A DNA stretch of 64,000 nucleotides from the IMG/VR virus record IMGVR_UViG_3300020045_007300, positions 1 to 64,000 of that record; one strand, given 5' to 3'. Position numbers and translations under genes: made by a program. The DNA is from a virus. Below the pieces are notes generated by a model that was given only the letters and a program-made list of their open reading frames with translations, did no database searches and was not told where the DNA came from. Of the stretch, positions 1-10,642 are shown in pieces (the first letter of the stretch is position 1; each line of letters starts with the position of its first letter).

Positions 1-1
1 T

Positions 2-2248
2 ACCGATAAACCAGCGGCTAGAAAAGAAGTTAGAAAATGGCAGAACGCCCAAGCATTTAAAGGTACAGAAGCAGAACGCTTGTCGCTATCAGGACTAACA
101 GATAAAGAAGCCGATGATATTCTGGCATCATTAACACCAGCACAACGCACTGAATTAACCAGATTAAACAGAAAAATTAAAGCATTAAGCGATAGTACGA
201 TAGATGATAGTGTTTCGTATGGCTCGATCACGCCAGAGCAAGGAGCAGAGCTTAAAAAAGCAACGCCATTGACGCGCAAAGAAGCGATTGATAAATATGC
301 TACCATGATGGAATCATTGCAGGAAGACTACGAAAAAGCGATTCGACACGGTGAGCATCAAATAGTCTTACGATCAATTGCTGATTTTATTGCTGAAAAT
401 CCAGACAAGAAATTTGCTACTCTGAATGATGTGCCAATGATTACCGAGGAACGCAACGGCTTAAATCGTGAAGTACCAGACCCGCTATTTAAAATGCGTG
501 ATAACGTGGTGATGTACAAGGTTGACGGCGTAGACCATGCGATAGTATTTAATGAAGACAATCCAAATAATACCCGATTGGCATTAAGCATCAAAAAAAT
601 GGACGGGGTGGATTTAGATAAATTTGAATCATTTGTTGCACAGGGTACACGCTGGTTAGCTTCGGTTAATACGCAATATAATGCTATTTTCGGGATTGTG
701 AACTTAGTCCGTGATACTCAGGGCATGGCGTTAAACCTATCTAGCACTGCATTGAAAGGGCAACAAAAAAGCGTTATTGCCAATATGCCAAAGGCGTATA
801 AAGCAATTTTAATGGGCTTAGGTAGAATGAAAGCCGATCCAGCGTTGGTAGCCACGTTTAATGAGTTCAACTTGGAAGGCGGTACGACAGGCTTTAGTCA
901 AATGTTTGGCGATATTAAAGACCGAACCAAGTTTATTGATGACACAGTTAAAGAAATTAGCCCATCTAAGGCGCGTAAAACGTGGATGATTATCAAGTAC
1001 GGCTTGAGTGACTTTAATACGCTTATGGAGAACGTTACGCGCTTGGCTGTGTACATGACAGCGACCAATAGCAAAAATAATTTAGATAAAGCTAAAGCCG
1101 CTAGTATATCTAAAAATATCACTGTAAACTTTAACAAAAAGGGCGCGGTGACTACAAAAGTCGGAGCAATGTACGCATTTTTCAACGCCGCAGTGCAAGG
1201 GACAGCGCGTATTCATGAAACCATGTTTGATGAAAACGGCGGCTTGAGTGATAACGGCAAGCGGATTTTAGTCGGTGGTATTGGATTAGGCGCGGCAATG
1301 ACTGTTATGGCTATGACAGCTATGGGTGATGACTGGGATAAAATACCTGAGTTCATCAAGGAACGCAGTTTGATTATTCCCGCACCGATGACTGAAAGCG
1401 GTTATATTGCCATTCCTATGCCGTTGGGTTATCACATTCTACCTAACATCGGTAGAAAAGCAGTTGAAATGGCTTTCGGCTCAAAGAAAACGACCAATAC
1501 ACAGCACTTGCTAGATTTAGCTGGGTCAACAGTGGGCGCATTCAACCCATTAGGCGGCAGTGACTTATTGGGCGCGGCAATGCCAACCGTTTTAGACCCT
1601 GTAATGTCGTTAGCGCGTAACAAAGATTGGACTGGTAAATCTATCTACAAAGAAGATTTTAACTCGCTCAATCCGACCACAGGATTTTCACGCACTAAAG
1701 ACTCTGCTACCGATGCAAGCAAATGGTTAGCGTATTGGGCAAACTGGGCAACAGGCGGAACAGATGCTAAACATGGTTTATGGAGTCCAACACCAGACCA
1801 GATTGATTATGTTGTAGGTCAATTATTCGGCGGCACAGGTAGAGAAATTCTAAAAGGCTATCAAACTGCTTCTAATTTTGCCAGTGGCGAAGAAATACCA
1901 AAACACAAAATACCGCTTATAGGTAGGTTCTACGGCGATGTATCAGGTGGAGCAAATGAATCGGCAGCCTATCATGAAAACCTGATCAAACTGCATGAAC
2001 ACAAAGCTGAAATGGATGATATGCGCGATAAGAAAAAAGCGAGTGAAATACCCGCTTATTTAGCCGATTATCCAGAAGCTAACGCTGTTAATTCAGGAGT
2101 CGCCATCGAGAAGATTGTGAAACGCCTTGTTAAGCAGAAAAAGGTGTTAATTGACCGCGACGCACCGAAAGAACAGGTACAAGCTAAGCAGGATATGATT
2201 ACCAAGCAAATGAAACGCTTGAATGATAAGATTATTGCTTATCGCTAA
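2..2248 (+). CDS. C-terminal part of large polyvalent/DNA-ejection protein (LPD38-like C-terminus); 5' end outside window
   Basis: The frame is open from base 2. Motifs NITVNFNKKG..YAFFNAAVQG, IPMPLGY and NKDWTGKSI are typical of LPD38-type C-termini of giant podovirus virion proteins. Confidence 0.75.
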   Translation, partial: TDKPAARKEVRKWQNAQAFKGTEAERLSLSGLTDKEADDILASLTPAQRTELTRLNRKIKALSDSTIDDSVSYGSITPEQGAELKKATPLTRKEAIDKYATMMESLQEDYEKAIRHGEHQIVLRSIADFIAENPDKKFATLNDVPMITEERNGLNREVPDPLFKMRDNVVMYKVDGVDHAIVFNEDNPNNTRLALSIKKMDGVDLDKFESFVAQGTRWLASVNTQYNAIFGIVNLVRDTQGMALNLSSTALKGQQKSVIANMPKAYKAILMGLGRMKADPALVATFNEFNLEGGTTGFSQMFGDIKDRTKFIDDTVKEISPSKARKTWMIIKYGLSDFNTLMENVTRLAVYMTATNSKNNLDKAKAASISKNITVNFNKKGAVTTKVGAMYAFFNAAVQGTARIHETMFDENGGLSDNGKRILVGGIGLGAAMTVMAMTAMGDDWDKIPEFIKERSLIIPAPMTESGYIAIPMPLGYHILPNIGRKAVEMAFGSKKTTNTQHLLDLAGSTVGAFNPLGGSDLLGAAMPTVLDPVMSLARNKDWTGKSIYKEDFNSLNPTTGFSRTKDSATDASKWLAYWANWATGGTDAKHGLWSPTPDQIDYVVGQLFGGTGREILKGYQTASNFASGEEIPKHKIPLIGRFYGDVSGGANESAAYHENLIKLHEHKAEMDDMRDKKKASEIPAYLADYPEANAVNSGVAIEKIVKRLVKQKKVLIDRDAPKEQVQAKQDMITKQMKRLNDKIIAYR

Positions 2249-2249
2249 A

Positions 2250-2292
2250 ACAAAACCCCACCAAGGTGTATTTTAATATTGGTGGGGTTATT
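2250..2292. terminator. Bidirectional intrinsic terminator
   Basis: AACCCCACCAA...TTGGTGGGGTT hairpin between convergent genes. Confidence 0.75.
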
Positions 2293-2294
2293 GA

Positions 2295-3077
2295 CTACAA
2301 TCCTAATTCATTAAGTAATTCAGAAAATGAATCACCAAACCAATGCGGTTGGGTTTCGCGTGGATTTTGTGGACTAGTTACATTCTTACCATAAGCTAGT
2401 CCTTTTTCTGTAACCGACTTATATGGTTTTACAACAGCCTTGCCTTTGTTGAATGATTCTCGACTCAATGTGACAATCAACCCATCTTCCTCAAGTAATT
2501 TATTAAAAGCAATTGGAGAAATATTAGCCTCATGTTCTTTTAGTAAATGAGTAACCGAAAATGTAGCACGGCTTGAACCTGATACTTGAGTTCCAGAATC
2601 AATCGCGTAAGACGGTAATGTCATCGGAGAACCATAGCTTTTATTCACTGTCTCAAATAGCATTAGTTTTCCAGAATCAGGGAGTCTCATTGCTTCGGCA
2701 AAAATAACCGCAGCATTAGCCGCTTCTGACATAGAAGGAAGAGCTTTTACTGTTTCGTTTTTTTCAATATCTATGAAGTATTGGCGTATTTTGTAGCCGT
2801 TTTCATTACGCTCCATCATACCAAGATGTTTTGCAATGTCGATAGTAACGTAATATTCAATAGATTTAACTACATCTAAGTTATTGATTCCTTTGACGAT
2901 AATTTTATCGTCAATAAAATCAACACCTTGCAATGCGCCTAATTGCTTTAATCTTGACTTAATCCAGTGGGAAAAGTCTTGCTTACTACCTACAAACTTG
3001 TGAATATCTCTAGCAGAAACGGCATTAACTTCACTATTTCCAATTACATTTTTACTTACTTCAATTAACTTTTTCAT
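2295..3077 (-). CDS. AntA/AntB-family antirepressor
   Basis: VSARDIHKFVGSKQDFSHWIKSR and AKHLGMMERNENGYKIRQYFI motifs; start moved to MKKLIE. Confidence 0.85.
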   Translation of the reverse strand: MKKLIEVSKNVIGNSEVNAVSARDIHKFVGSKQDFSHWIKSRLKQLGALQGVDFIDDKIIVKGINNLDVVKSIEYYVTIDIAKHLGMMERNENGYKIRQYFIDIEKNETVKALPSMSEAANAAVIFAEAMRLPDSGKLMLFETVNKSYGSPMTLPSYAIDSGTQVSGSSRATFSVTHLLKEHEANISPIAFNKLLEEDGLIVTLSRESFNKGKAVVKPYKSVTEKGLAYGKNVTSPQNPRETQPHWFGDSFSELLNELGL

Positions 3078-3089
3078 TACGTTTTGTCC

Positions 3090-3208
3090 AATAAAAAAAG
3101 CCAGACTTTCTAGCGCGTTCGAGTGGGTAAAGAAATTGACCCCGCGCATAAAATCTAGCTTCATTTAATTTCTTTTTCTGTGACTCGAATCACAAAACTA
3201 TTATACCA
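3090..3208 (-). promoter_or_regulatory. Promoter (TGGTATAAT) plus two-hairpin leader with complementary loops and U-tract
   Basis: On the minus strand the hairpin-1 loop TTCGAGT is complementary to ACTCGAA in a terminator-like hairpin 2. Confidence 0.6.
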
Positions 3209-3283
3209 CCAATCACAATAAAACACTGTATAATTAGCCAATAACCCGTGTCGTGAGACATACTATCCCTTGAAGGAATACCA

Positions 3284-3733
3284 ATGGCAGACTTCCGCGC
3301 TCCAAAAGAAAACATTAGCTTCGACAGAGGCAAAGACATCGTATTTACCAGATGGTATCTTGATGATGCTATGGGCGCAGTCAATCTAACAGGCTGGAAA
3401 GCCCGAATGAAAGCCAAGTTAGATATTGACGATGTATTACCTATCACTGGCTGGGATTTTACTACTGAAACTACAGGATTAACTATTTTTACCCAAGCCA
3501 GTGAAACATTCACTTTATTAGCAGGTAGTGTTGTCAATGGCGTTACCTTAATAGTCGATACTGTTTACACGGTCACAAATCCATACGGCGTTAAAGTCCA
3601 CGTTCCAGCCTCCATAACCGCCGTTAAATCATTTGACAGTGCAGTCTATGACATTGAAATAGAAGACCCCGCAGGGCGCGTCTATCCGTTCAGAAAAGGC
3701 ACGTTAAAAGCATCTAAAGAGGTAACTGACTAA
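3284..3733 (+). CDS. Tail/fibre-attachment structural protein (BppU-N-like)
   Basis: Motifs VNLTGWKARM and AVYDIEIEDPAGRV..KG; directly upstream of the fibre gene. Confidence 0.6.
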   Translation: MADFRAPKENISFDRGKDIVFTRWYLDDAMGAVNLTGWKARMKAKLDIDDVLPITGWDFTTETTGLTIFTQASETFTLLAGSVVNGVTLIVDTVYTVTNPYGVKVHVPASITAVKSFDSAVYDIEIEDPAGRVYPFRKGTLKASKEVTD

Positions 3734-6700
3734 TGGCTATCATCATAGGAACAGACCCACAAATAGTCATTGCCAGCAACGATAAACCTGTTTTTGTTCA
3801 CACAGGCGGAGCGCAAGGCGCACAGGGTATTCAAGGCGTTAAGGGTGACAAGGGCGATAAAGGAGACTCTGGAGATACTGGGAATTTTACTGGTTTGGCT
3901 GGGTTTACTAATGCAAACGGTTTTACGGGTAATGTCACAAACAATAACTTGTCTTTAACTTTGCAGAATGCCAATGCCACTCAAGACGGTCAACTAACCG
4001 CGTCATCATTTAATGCGTTTTCAGGTGCGGTATCGAATGTAACTGAATTACAAAACCAGACAGCAACACTATCTAGCAATTTGAACGCTACTAACGTGAT
4101 GTTGATTGAAACGACCAACAACACAACATCTTTAGCGACTACTAAGCTGAATGTCACTGATGCTTTAGTGCTTGGCAGTACAAATTTAACCGCGTACCGA
4201 GGTGACTTAGGCGTTGCGACTACGGGCAATGTTACTGCACTGCAAAATCTTACAACAACCTTATCAGGCGACGCGAATACAACTAATAGCATCCTGAGCG
4301 GTGCAACATCAAACATAACCACGTTGCAAGGCAATGTTTCATCGTTAAGCAACCATACCGCAAATACATCAAACCCTCACGGCGTTACCAAAGCACAAAT
4401 TGGCTTATCTAACGTAACCGATGTTGCACCGCTAGAATTACCAATAAGCAATGCTACACAGACCGCGTTAAATGACAAACAAGGCACGTTAATATCTGGC
4501 ACTAACATTAAGACCATCAATGGTAATTCTGTCCTTGGTAGTGGTGACATGATTATTACTGGCGGTGGTAATATCAGCGGAATAGCAGGGTTTACGGACG
4601 GTAACGGGTTTACAGGTAACGTGACAAGCAATTATCTGTCATTGATATTGCAAAATGCCAACGCCACGCAATCAGGGCAGGTTACGTCAGGTAAATACAC
4701 CGACTGGGAAAGCAAAGGAACAAGCAATTTAACGCTTGGTAGTAATGGAACAACTGCGCTTAAAGGTAATGCGACCACGGCTGATGTTGCCGCTTCTGCC
4801 GACAAAAACTATGTGACCGATGCAAGCCTAGCGATACTTAATCAGACTAGTGGTACAAATACGGGCGACCAAGACCTAAGTGGTTTAGTTACAAAATCAA
4901 CTACGATTAATGGCGTTAATCTGTCATCAAATATCACGCTAACCACTGCCAATATCACGGCATCAACGGATAAAAATTACATCACCGATGCAAAGTTGAC
5001 TGTTTTAAACCAGACTAGCAACACTAACACTGGTGATGAAACAACGGCGACTATTAAGTCAAAACTTGGTATCACTACCTTATCTGGAAGCAATACAGGC
5101 GACCAGGATTTAAGCACGTTAGCGTTGAAATCAACAACTATCAACGGCGTTAATTTATCCAGCAATATCACACTGACGACGGCTAATGTAAGTGTATCTA
5201 CTGACAAAAATTATGTTACGGACGCAAAGCTAATCGTTATCAATGCAACCAGTGGCACGAACACAGGTGACCAAAATTTAAGCGGGTATGTGCAAAGTAC
5301 ACGGACGATTAACAATGCAGATCTTTCTGCTAACATTACACTAACTACCGCTAACATATCGACATCAACTAACAAACAATATGTTACTGATGCTAATTTA
5401 GCTGTTATCAATGTCACTAGCGGAACGAATACGGGTGACCAAACCATAACTTTAAGTGGTGATATATCTGGCTCAGGCACATCTAGCATCACCGCTACAC
5501 TAGCAACTGTAAATAATAACGCTGGTGTTTTTGGTAATGCCACGATAGTACCTATTATTACGGTGAATGGCAAAGGCATAGTTACCAACGTAACGAACGT
5601 AACTATTGCCAATGGCAGCGGTACAGTTACCAATGTAACCGCTACTGCCCCAGTTGTATCAAGTGGGGGGACAAGCCCAGATATAAGCATGGCAGCGGCT
5701 ACATCGTCAGTTAATGGCTACATGACCAGCACTTACGCGGGGAAACTGGACAGTATTGCAGCCAATAGTAACGTGACGTATGTACAAGGTAACGGCACGG
5801 TTAATGGCTTGACGCTATCTGGCAACGTAACAAGTGGTGGTAATTTAACTCTTGGCGGTACGTTATCATCGGTAAATTTAAGCACTCAAACTACTGGAAC
5901 TTTACCTGTAGCAAATGGTGGAACAGGTGTTACTGCGTCTACAGGAAGTGGAAACACTGTTTTATCGACAAGCCCAAATTTTACCACACCTATTTTAGGA
6001 ACTCCGCAAAGTGGCAACTTAACCAGTTGCACAGGCTATCCAATTTCAGGTGCAGTGACAGCAAATACTACAGGCGTAACCACTCTAACAGCAAATGGCG
6101 TTACATCGGCAAATCTTTTAGCGTGGGTATCAGATGAGACTGGCACTGGTAGCAATGTTTTTGCAAACAACTGTACTTTAAACACACCAAACATCACAAC
6201 ACCAAGTTTCGCCAATTTAACCAGCGCAATCGGGTTACCTTTGACTACAGGGGTAACAGGTGTTTTACCTATTGCAAACGGCGGTACGGGTGAATCAGTA
6301 GTATCAGGCTGGGTAGCGTTAGGTGTGTGTACTTATGAAACTGCCGATAGCCCGACGTTTCAATTTTCAATCGCAGCCGATGTTACTGGGTTTATTGCGG
6401 TTGGTAACAGAATAAAACTAACTCAAACTACAGCAAAGTATTTTATCGTGACGGCGGTCGGTTCATACACAGCAAGTAAAACAATTATCACTGTTTACGG
6501 TGGTACAGATTACACGCTTGCTAATGCGGCAATTACACTGCCTTATTTTTCAGTTGTAAAATCCCCGTTTGGCTTTCCACTTAGTCCTGCAAAATGGACA
6601 GTCACTGTCACTGATGCAACGCTTAGAACACAGGCAACACCGACGGCTAATACTTGGTATAACATCGGAACAACAGCGTCACAGATAAGCGTTCCAATTG

Positions 6701-7011
6701 GCGTGTGGTATCTTGGTTATTCTGTAATTTCTTATATTTCATCGGGGCTAGTTAATTCTAGTATCGAGGTGACGTTATCGACAGGAAATAATACGGAAAC
6801 TAATACTGCGCTATCAGATTATTATTATCATGAAAGTAGCAGTACGACACAGATTCATGTAGAGAAAACATCAGCACAGGATATTATTACCTTGGCATCA
6901 AAAACCACATATTATTTAAACGCTAGAACGCTGCTATCGGCGATGGGAAGCATTAATTATGCAAATGATAAAGTACCTTTATTTATAAAAGCAGAGTGCG
7001 CATTGTTATGA
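3733..7011 (+). CDS. Long tail fibre protein
   Basis: N-terminal collagen-like G-X-Y stretch; NPHGVTKAQIGL and GTNIKTING fibre motifs; four DKNYVTDA..SGTNTGDQ repeats; LPVANGGTG repeats. Confidence 0.85.
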   Translation: MAIIIGTDPQIVIASNDKPVFVHTGGAQGAQGIQGVKGDKGDKGDSGDTGNFTGLAGFTNANGFTGNVTNNNLSLTLQNANATQDGQLTASSFNAFSGAVSNVTELQNQTATLSSNLNATNVMLIETTNNTTSLATTKLNVTDALVLGSTNLTAYRGDLGVATTGNVTALQNLTTTLSGDANTTNSILSGATSNITTLQGNVSSLSNHTANTSNPHGVTKAQIGLSNVTDVAPLELPISNATQTALNDKQGTLISGTNIKTINGNSVLGSGDMIITGGGNISGIAGFTDGNGFTGNVTSNYLSLILQNANATQSGQVTSGKYTDWESKGTSNLTLGSNGTTALKGNATTADVAASADKNYVTDASLAILNQTSGTNTGDQDLSGLVTKSTTINGVNLSSNITLTTANITASTDKNYITDAKLTVLNQTSNTNTGDETTATIKSKLGITTLSGSNTGDQDLSTLALKSTTINGVNLSSNITLTTANVSVSTDKNYVTDAKLIVINATSGTNTGDQNLSGYVQSTRTINNADLSANITLTTANISTSTNKQYVTDANLAVINVTSGTNTGDQTITLSGDISGSGTSSITATLATVNNNAGVFGNATIVPIITVNGKGIVTNVTNVTIANGSGTVTNVTATAPVVSSGGTSPDISMAAATSSVNGYMTSTYAGKLDSIAANSNVTYVQGNGTVNGLTLSGNVTSGGNLTLGGTLSSVNLSTQTTGTLPVANGGTGVTASTGSGNTVLSTSPNFTTPILGTPQSGNLTSCTGYPISGAVTANTTGVTTLTANGVTSANLLAWVSDETGTGSNVFANNCTLNTPNITTPSFANLTSAIGLPLTTGVTGVLPIANGGTGESVVSGWVALGVCTYETADSPTFQFSIAADVTGFIAVGNRIKLTQTTAKYFIVTAVGSYTASKTIITVYGGTDYTLANAAITLPYFSVVKSPFGFPLSPAKWTVTVTDATLRTQATPTANTWYNIGTTASQISVPIGVWYLGYSVISYISSGLVNSSIEVTLSTGNNTETNTALSDYYYHESSSTTQIHVEKTSAQDIITLASKTTYYLNARTLLSAMGSINYANDKVPLFIKAECALL

Positions 7012-7125
7012 GCATAACCATATCAGAATGTTATTTTTACTAAAATACTTTTCCACACATCACTAAAAAGGATGTGTGGCGTATTGCGTTGGGGTTATTA
7101 TTACCGCTTAGTCTTGGATAGGCGG

Positions 7126-7566
7126 TTATTTCAGCATTGATTTAGCTTTTTGGTAACACAGGTAAATTGAATGTTTTGATTTCCAGTCGTCATAATAATG
7201 CTTTATTTCTTTATTATGATAAGGTCTCTCAAATCCACACCCCTCAAATATATAAAACTTAACAAATTTGATATATTGTCGTAATAACATAGCGCAAATA
7301 TCCCGCGCTTCTTTGCTACCTTTGCGTGGTGTGCGGATTGTTTTTATCTTGCATCTAGTAAAATATACAATGTCTGTTTGTGAATCTTTGCTATAATTAT
7401 TACCATAATTGGTATCATAATAACCTCTTTCGTTGCTACCCCATTTTGTGAGAGATGCAAGGGCGACAATGATATATTTATTATATTCATCGAATTCAAT
7501 AATAGCACCAACACCATTATTGAGAGTGACGACTAAATCACCAACTGCAAACGGTCGATTAGCCAT
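7126..7566 (-). CDS. Hypothetical phage protein
   Basis: ORF with RBS in a minus-strand small-gene cluster. Confidence 0.6.
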   Translation of the reverse strand: MANRPFAVGDLVVTLNNGVGAIIEFDEYNKYIIVALASLTKWGSNERGYYDTNYGNNYSKDSQTDIVYFTRCKIKTIRTPRKGSKEARDICAMLLRQYIKFVKFYIFEGCGFERPYHNKEIKHYYDDWKSKHSIYLCYQKAKSMLK

Positions 7567-8068
7567 TTTTACCCCCTTGTTTACCAAGCAAGTAGCAGCG
7601 TAGGACCGCTTCGTTGATTGTTTTACCTGTTGCTACATAAAAAATATCATCAATCACAATCTCAGCTTCCCATAAATCAGGTGCGCAGGGCGTAACACTT
7701 ATTTTCTCGCGTTCCATGATTTCTAATAGCTGTTGTCCGTTATTATTTGGGTTAAATCTGCATCCATTTACTTTTGTTCTAACTTTATTCCAATCTGCAA
7801 TTTTACAGCCAAATGCAGTAATTTTAGCTTTATGCTTCATTGCAATAGCCACGGAACAATCCAGCTCATCACCTCTCAAATTCATTATTTCATCGTTACA
7901 TTTTACGGCCTGTTTTTCTTTTACTAATGCCTGAGCAAAACTCATTGTGTAGTTCCCACAAAACATACTTACACCGCCATGTAGTGCATATCCGATACTA
8001 AGAAATTCATTAACTTTTTTTTCAACTGCAAATCTGTCAACACCTTGTACTATTTTATACTCAATCAT
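7559..8068 (-). CDS. DUF1737-like N-terminus fused to NinX/DUF2591-like domain
   Basis: YKIV..VNEFLSIGYALHGG..FAQAL, then ELDCSVAIA..IMEREKISV..AVLRCYL. Confidence 0.6.
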   Translation of the reverse strand: MIEYKIVQGVDRFAVEKKVNEFLSIGYALHGGVSMFCGNYTMSFAQALVKEKQAVKCNDEIMNLRGDELDCSVAIAMKHKAKITAFGCKIADWNKVRTKVNGCRFNPNNNGQQLLEIMEREKISVTPCAPDLWEAEIVIDDIFYVATGKTINEAVLRCYLLGKQGGKNG

Positions 8069-8175
8069 TTTGCACCGCCTTTATATCAAATAAAATAAAC
8101 ATGATAATAAAAGCATCAATCCCACCAAAAAAGAAAGTGTAATTGACACGATACGCACTAATAAAAATCTTAATA

Positions 8176-8715
8176 TCATTTTAACCGCCTTTGGTATTTC
8201 ATTCGTAAATCGCACAAACAAATATTATCTGATGCTCCGTTTAGACTACGATACATCAATTCATTATTTAAAATAAAATGATTACTACAGAATTTTAACG
8301 CTAATAAAACCCACTTATTACCGTTAAACCATTCTACAACATCACCCGCTTTTGCCCGATCAAGGCAGAATGGCAGATAGGCTGAGGCTTTACGTTTAAC
8401 TAATGAGCGACCATCGGTTAAAGCACACTCGACAGTAAAGTTGCAGTTAAAAGAAAAATTAAATTTCAATACCCATTGTGTGTCAATGTCCCACATTAAA
8501 TAAGCATCATCACCATAGACTTTAACATCGTGCGCAAATAATTCGGGCAGTGGTTTTAAATGAGTGTCTTGCAAGTCATAATCGCTAAAGTCGCTATTAT
8601 TTTGCAGCTGACACTGGGTGTCAGAAAAATGCGGAGCGTACCGCCGTGTAAACCGCTCATGCGCCAATTCGCCAAACTCATCAATCGCTTGCTGTACTAT
8701 CTGCTCAATACTCAT
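8176..8715 (-). CDS. Hypothetical phage protein
   Basis: ORF with overlapping start/stop coupling to its neighbour. Confidence 0.6.
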   Translation of the reverse strand: MSIEQIVQQAIDEFGELAHERFTRRYAPHFSDTQCQLQNNSDFSDYDLQDTHLKPLPELFAHDVKVYGDDAYLMWDIDTQWVLKFNFSFNCNFTVECALTDGRSLVKRKASAYLPFCLDRAKAGDVVEWFNGNKWVLLALKFCSNHFILNNELMYRSLNGASDNICLCDLRMKYQRRLK

Positions 8716-9041
8716 TTGTCAGCCTTTGGCAGTGGTAGCCATTTAATATAATTTTCGCGTTCAAAACTTGCTAAAAGCATTTGATTTAAAATAACACCAT
8801 CGGCTTCCATTACTAAAATGGCCTTTCTAAGCGGCGCACTATCCATATCCTGCCAAGGCGCAAAAATCCACCATTCAGCGGCTGTTAGTGGTACGTCTTT
8901 GTTAAACCTTTGACCGCTGCCGATAAACGGCATACCTTCATGTGCAGCGTCATATCTAGTTACTAATGCAATAAAGTTTCCATTGCATTTACACAACACC
9001 CCGCTAGCGGGAATGTTTTCGTGCCATTTTTTCATGCCCAT
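8712..9041 (-). CDS. Hypothetical phage protein (DUF551-like C-terminus)
   Basis: WQDMDSAP...KWLPLPK motif. Confidence 0.6.
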   Translation of the reverse strand: MGMKKWHENIPASGVLCKCNGNFIALVTRYDAAHEGMPFIGSGQRFNKDVPLTAAEWWIFAPWQDMDSAPLRKAILVMEADGVILNQMLLASFERENYIKWLPLPKADK

Positions 9042-9215
9042 AAATCCTCAATCGCCAGACTTTCATCGGGCGGTGTTGTTAAAATGATGTTTGATTGCCG
9101 ACAGCATATAATTGTGTTTTTAATTCAATTATATCCTTTTTGATTTCAATAATGTGCAGTGCCAGAATTATTATCGACACCGCTTGAATGAATGCTATTA
9201 GCTTTTGGTATGTAC

Positions 9216-9899
9216 TCATTCTGACACTTGCGCATTGACTGCTTGCAGCACGGATAAATGTTGATTGGCGGCTTGTTCGGTTAGATGAATGCTACCGCAT
9301 TCTGTTCTATTGTAATCTTCTATATGACCGTTCCATGTGTCAAAAAATACAGCCTTAGTGGACGACGCAGCAACCCAATATCTTTTTCCGTTTTCCAACG
9401 GCTCACGGCACGGCTCAGGATATTCCAGCACGTCGCCATTTTCTAGCGTTACTTTGCAGGTGCGATGGCGCAGTCGGTAATTATATTTTTCACTCCATTC
9501 TTGGCTTCTGCAAGTTATCCAATTATCAACCCATTTGGTGTCTTTCCATTGGTACTCCCAACGCAATTTATCCGCATTACTACACCCATGCCACTTAATG
9601 ATGCTTTCGCGGTGTGGGTGTACTCTATGCTCAATTTGTGGCAAGAATGGCGCATTAAACATCCTGTCTAGTGTCTCCCAACCGTTTGGGCTTTTGAATT
9701 GATACAGTTGCTCATAAAAATCAGGATAATCAATTTTGTCCTGCTCACACTGCGCAATAAGTGCTGAATGCGGGTTTGGTTGCTGTTGCCCTGCTTTCCA
9801 AGCGGCATAAGCTATTTCTTTCTGTATCGACCAATCAAAACTTTTTTGATTTTTATTCCACCATTGTTCAAAATCTTTATCTCCCATCACTTTCTCCAA
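9216..9899 (-). CDS. Hypothetical phage protein
   Basis: HPH and YPEPCREPL..YWV..GSIHLTEQAA motifs common in phage accessory genes. Confidence 0.65.
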   Translation of the reverse strand: MEKVMGDKDFEQWWNKNQKSFDWSIQKEIAYAAWKAGQQQPNPHSALIAQCEQDKIDYPDFYEQLYQFKSPNGWETLDRMFNAPFLPQIEHRVHPHRESIIKWHGCSNADKLRWEYQWKDTKWVDNWITCRSQEWSEKYNYRLRHRTCKVTLENGDVLEYPEPCREPLENGKRYWVAASSTKAVFFDTWNGHIEDYNRTECGSIHLTEQAANQHLSVLQAVNAQVSE

Positions 9900-10083
9900 T
9901 TTCTTTAAAAATCACGTCGCGGTCGTTAGTGCATGACCGCACAAATACACCGCTTTCTTTGCGCCATTCAGTAGGACATCTTTGCTCTGTGTATAAAAAA
10001 TAACAACTTATACATGAGCAAATGCTATCACCTACAACATCATCCACCTTTAGCACAACATCATCGGGTAATTTATCGCTCAT
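9877..10083 (-). CDS. Small Cys-rich hypothetical protein
   Basis: SCISCYF..C..C..RDVIFKE. Confidence 0.55.
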   Translation of the reverse strand: MSDKLPDDVVLKVDDVVGDSICSCISCYFLYTEQRCPTEWRKESGVFVRSCTNDRDVIFKEIGESDGR

Positions 10084-10585
10084 TGTGTTTATTCCAATCT
10101 GGGTAAATTGCTGCACTACGCGGCGCAATAACTAACTGTTGTGTATTGCGTGGCTTAGCGCGGGCTGTTGGCAGTGATAACGCTTTATGGCGTTTATCTG
10201 CGGCGATTTGCACTGGTGTTTTCATTTAAATTGACTCGCTACTTGCCCGCTTAAAATTGCAACTAAAAAACACAATTGCACTATATCTATATTTGCACCA
10301 ATAATAATAAAACAAACCGCTGAAATTACGCTTATTAGCGTACAAATATATAAAATATCTTTCATTTGTGTGTCTCACGTTTATAAAAAGGTTGTACTGA
10401 TTCAATTGCGCATAAGTGCTAATTTAAAACCGACTCCAAAGCCTTGCGATTAAAAATACTCGTTGTTATTTTGTTACAGATTGTATTTTCGCTTTTACGC
10501 TTCATATTATACTCTTGTGATTTTTAAAATTTACCGTTTCGGTGACTGAAATAATATCACGATGGTTTTTAATGTCAATTTATTT

Positions 10586-10603
10586 GTCATACATTTGTAT
10601 GAC
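10586..10603. promoter_or_regulatory. Palindromic operator between divergent promoters
   Basis: GTCATACA-TT-TGTATGAC is a perfect inverted repeat next to a minus-strand TTGACA and upstream of 10643. Confidence 0.55.
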
Positions 10604-10642
10604 GTGATATGATAAATTAATATTAACAAAACAGGAATTATA

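Noticed and set aside
2948-2960. Partial match (AATCTTGAC) to the TnpB guide in the antA gene
   Set aside because: Only about 9-10 nt match, with mismatches in the TAM-proximal seed; this is expected by chance in AT-rich DNA.
4770-5445. Fibre repeats as a DGR template/variable pair or invertible cassette
   Set aside because: They are in-frame protein repeats with differences not restricted to adenines; no reverse transcriptase or invertase is present.
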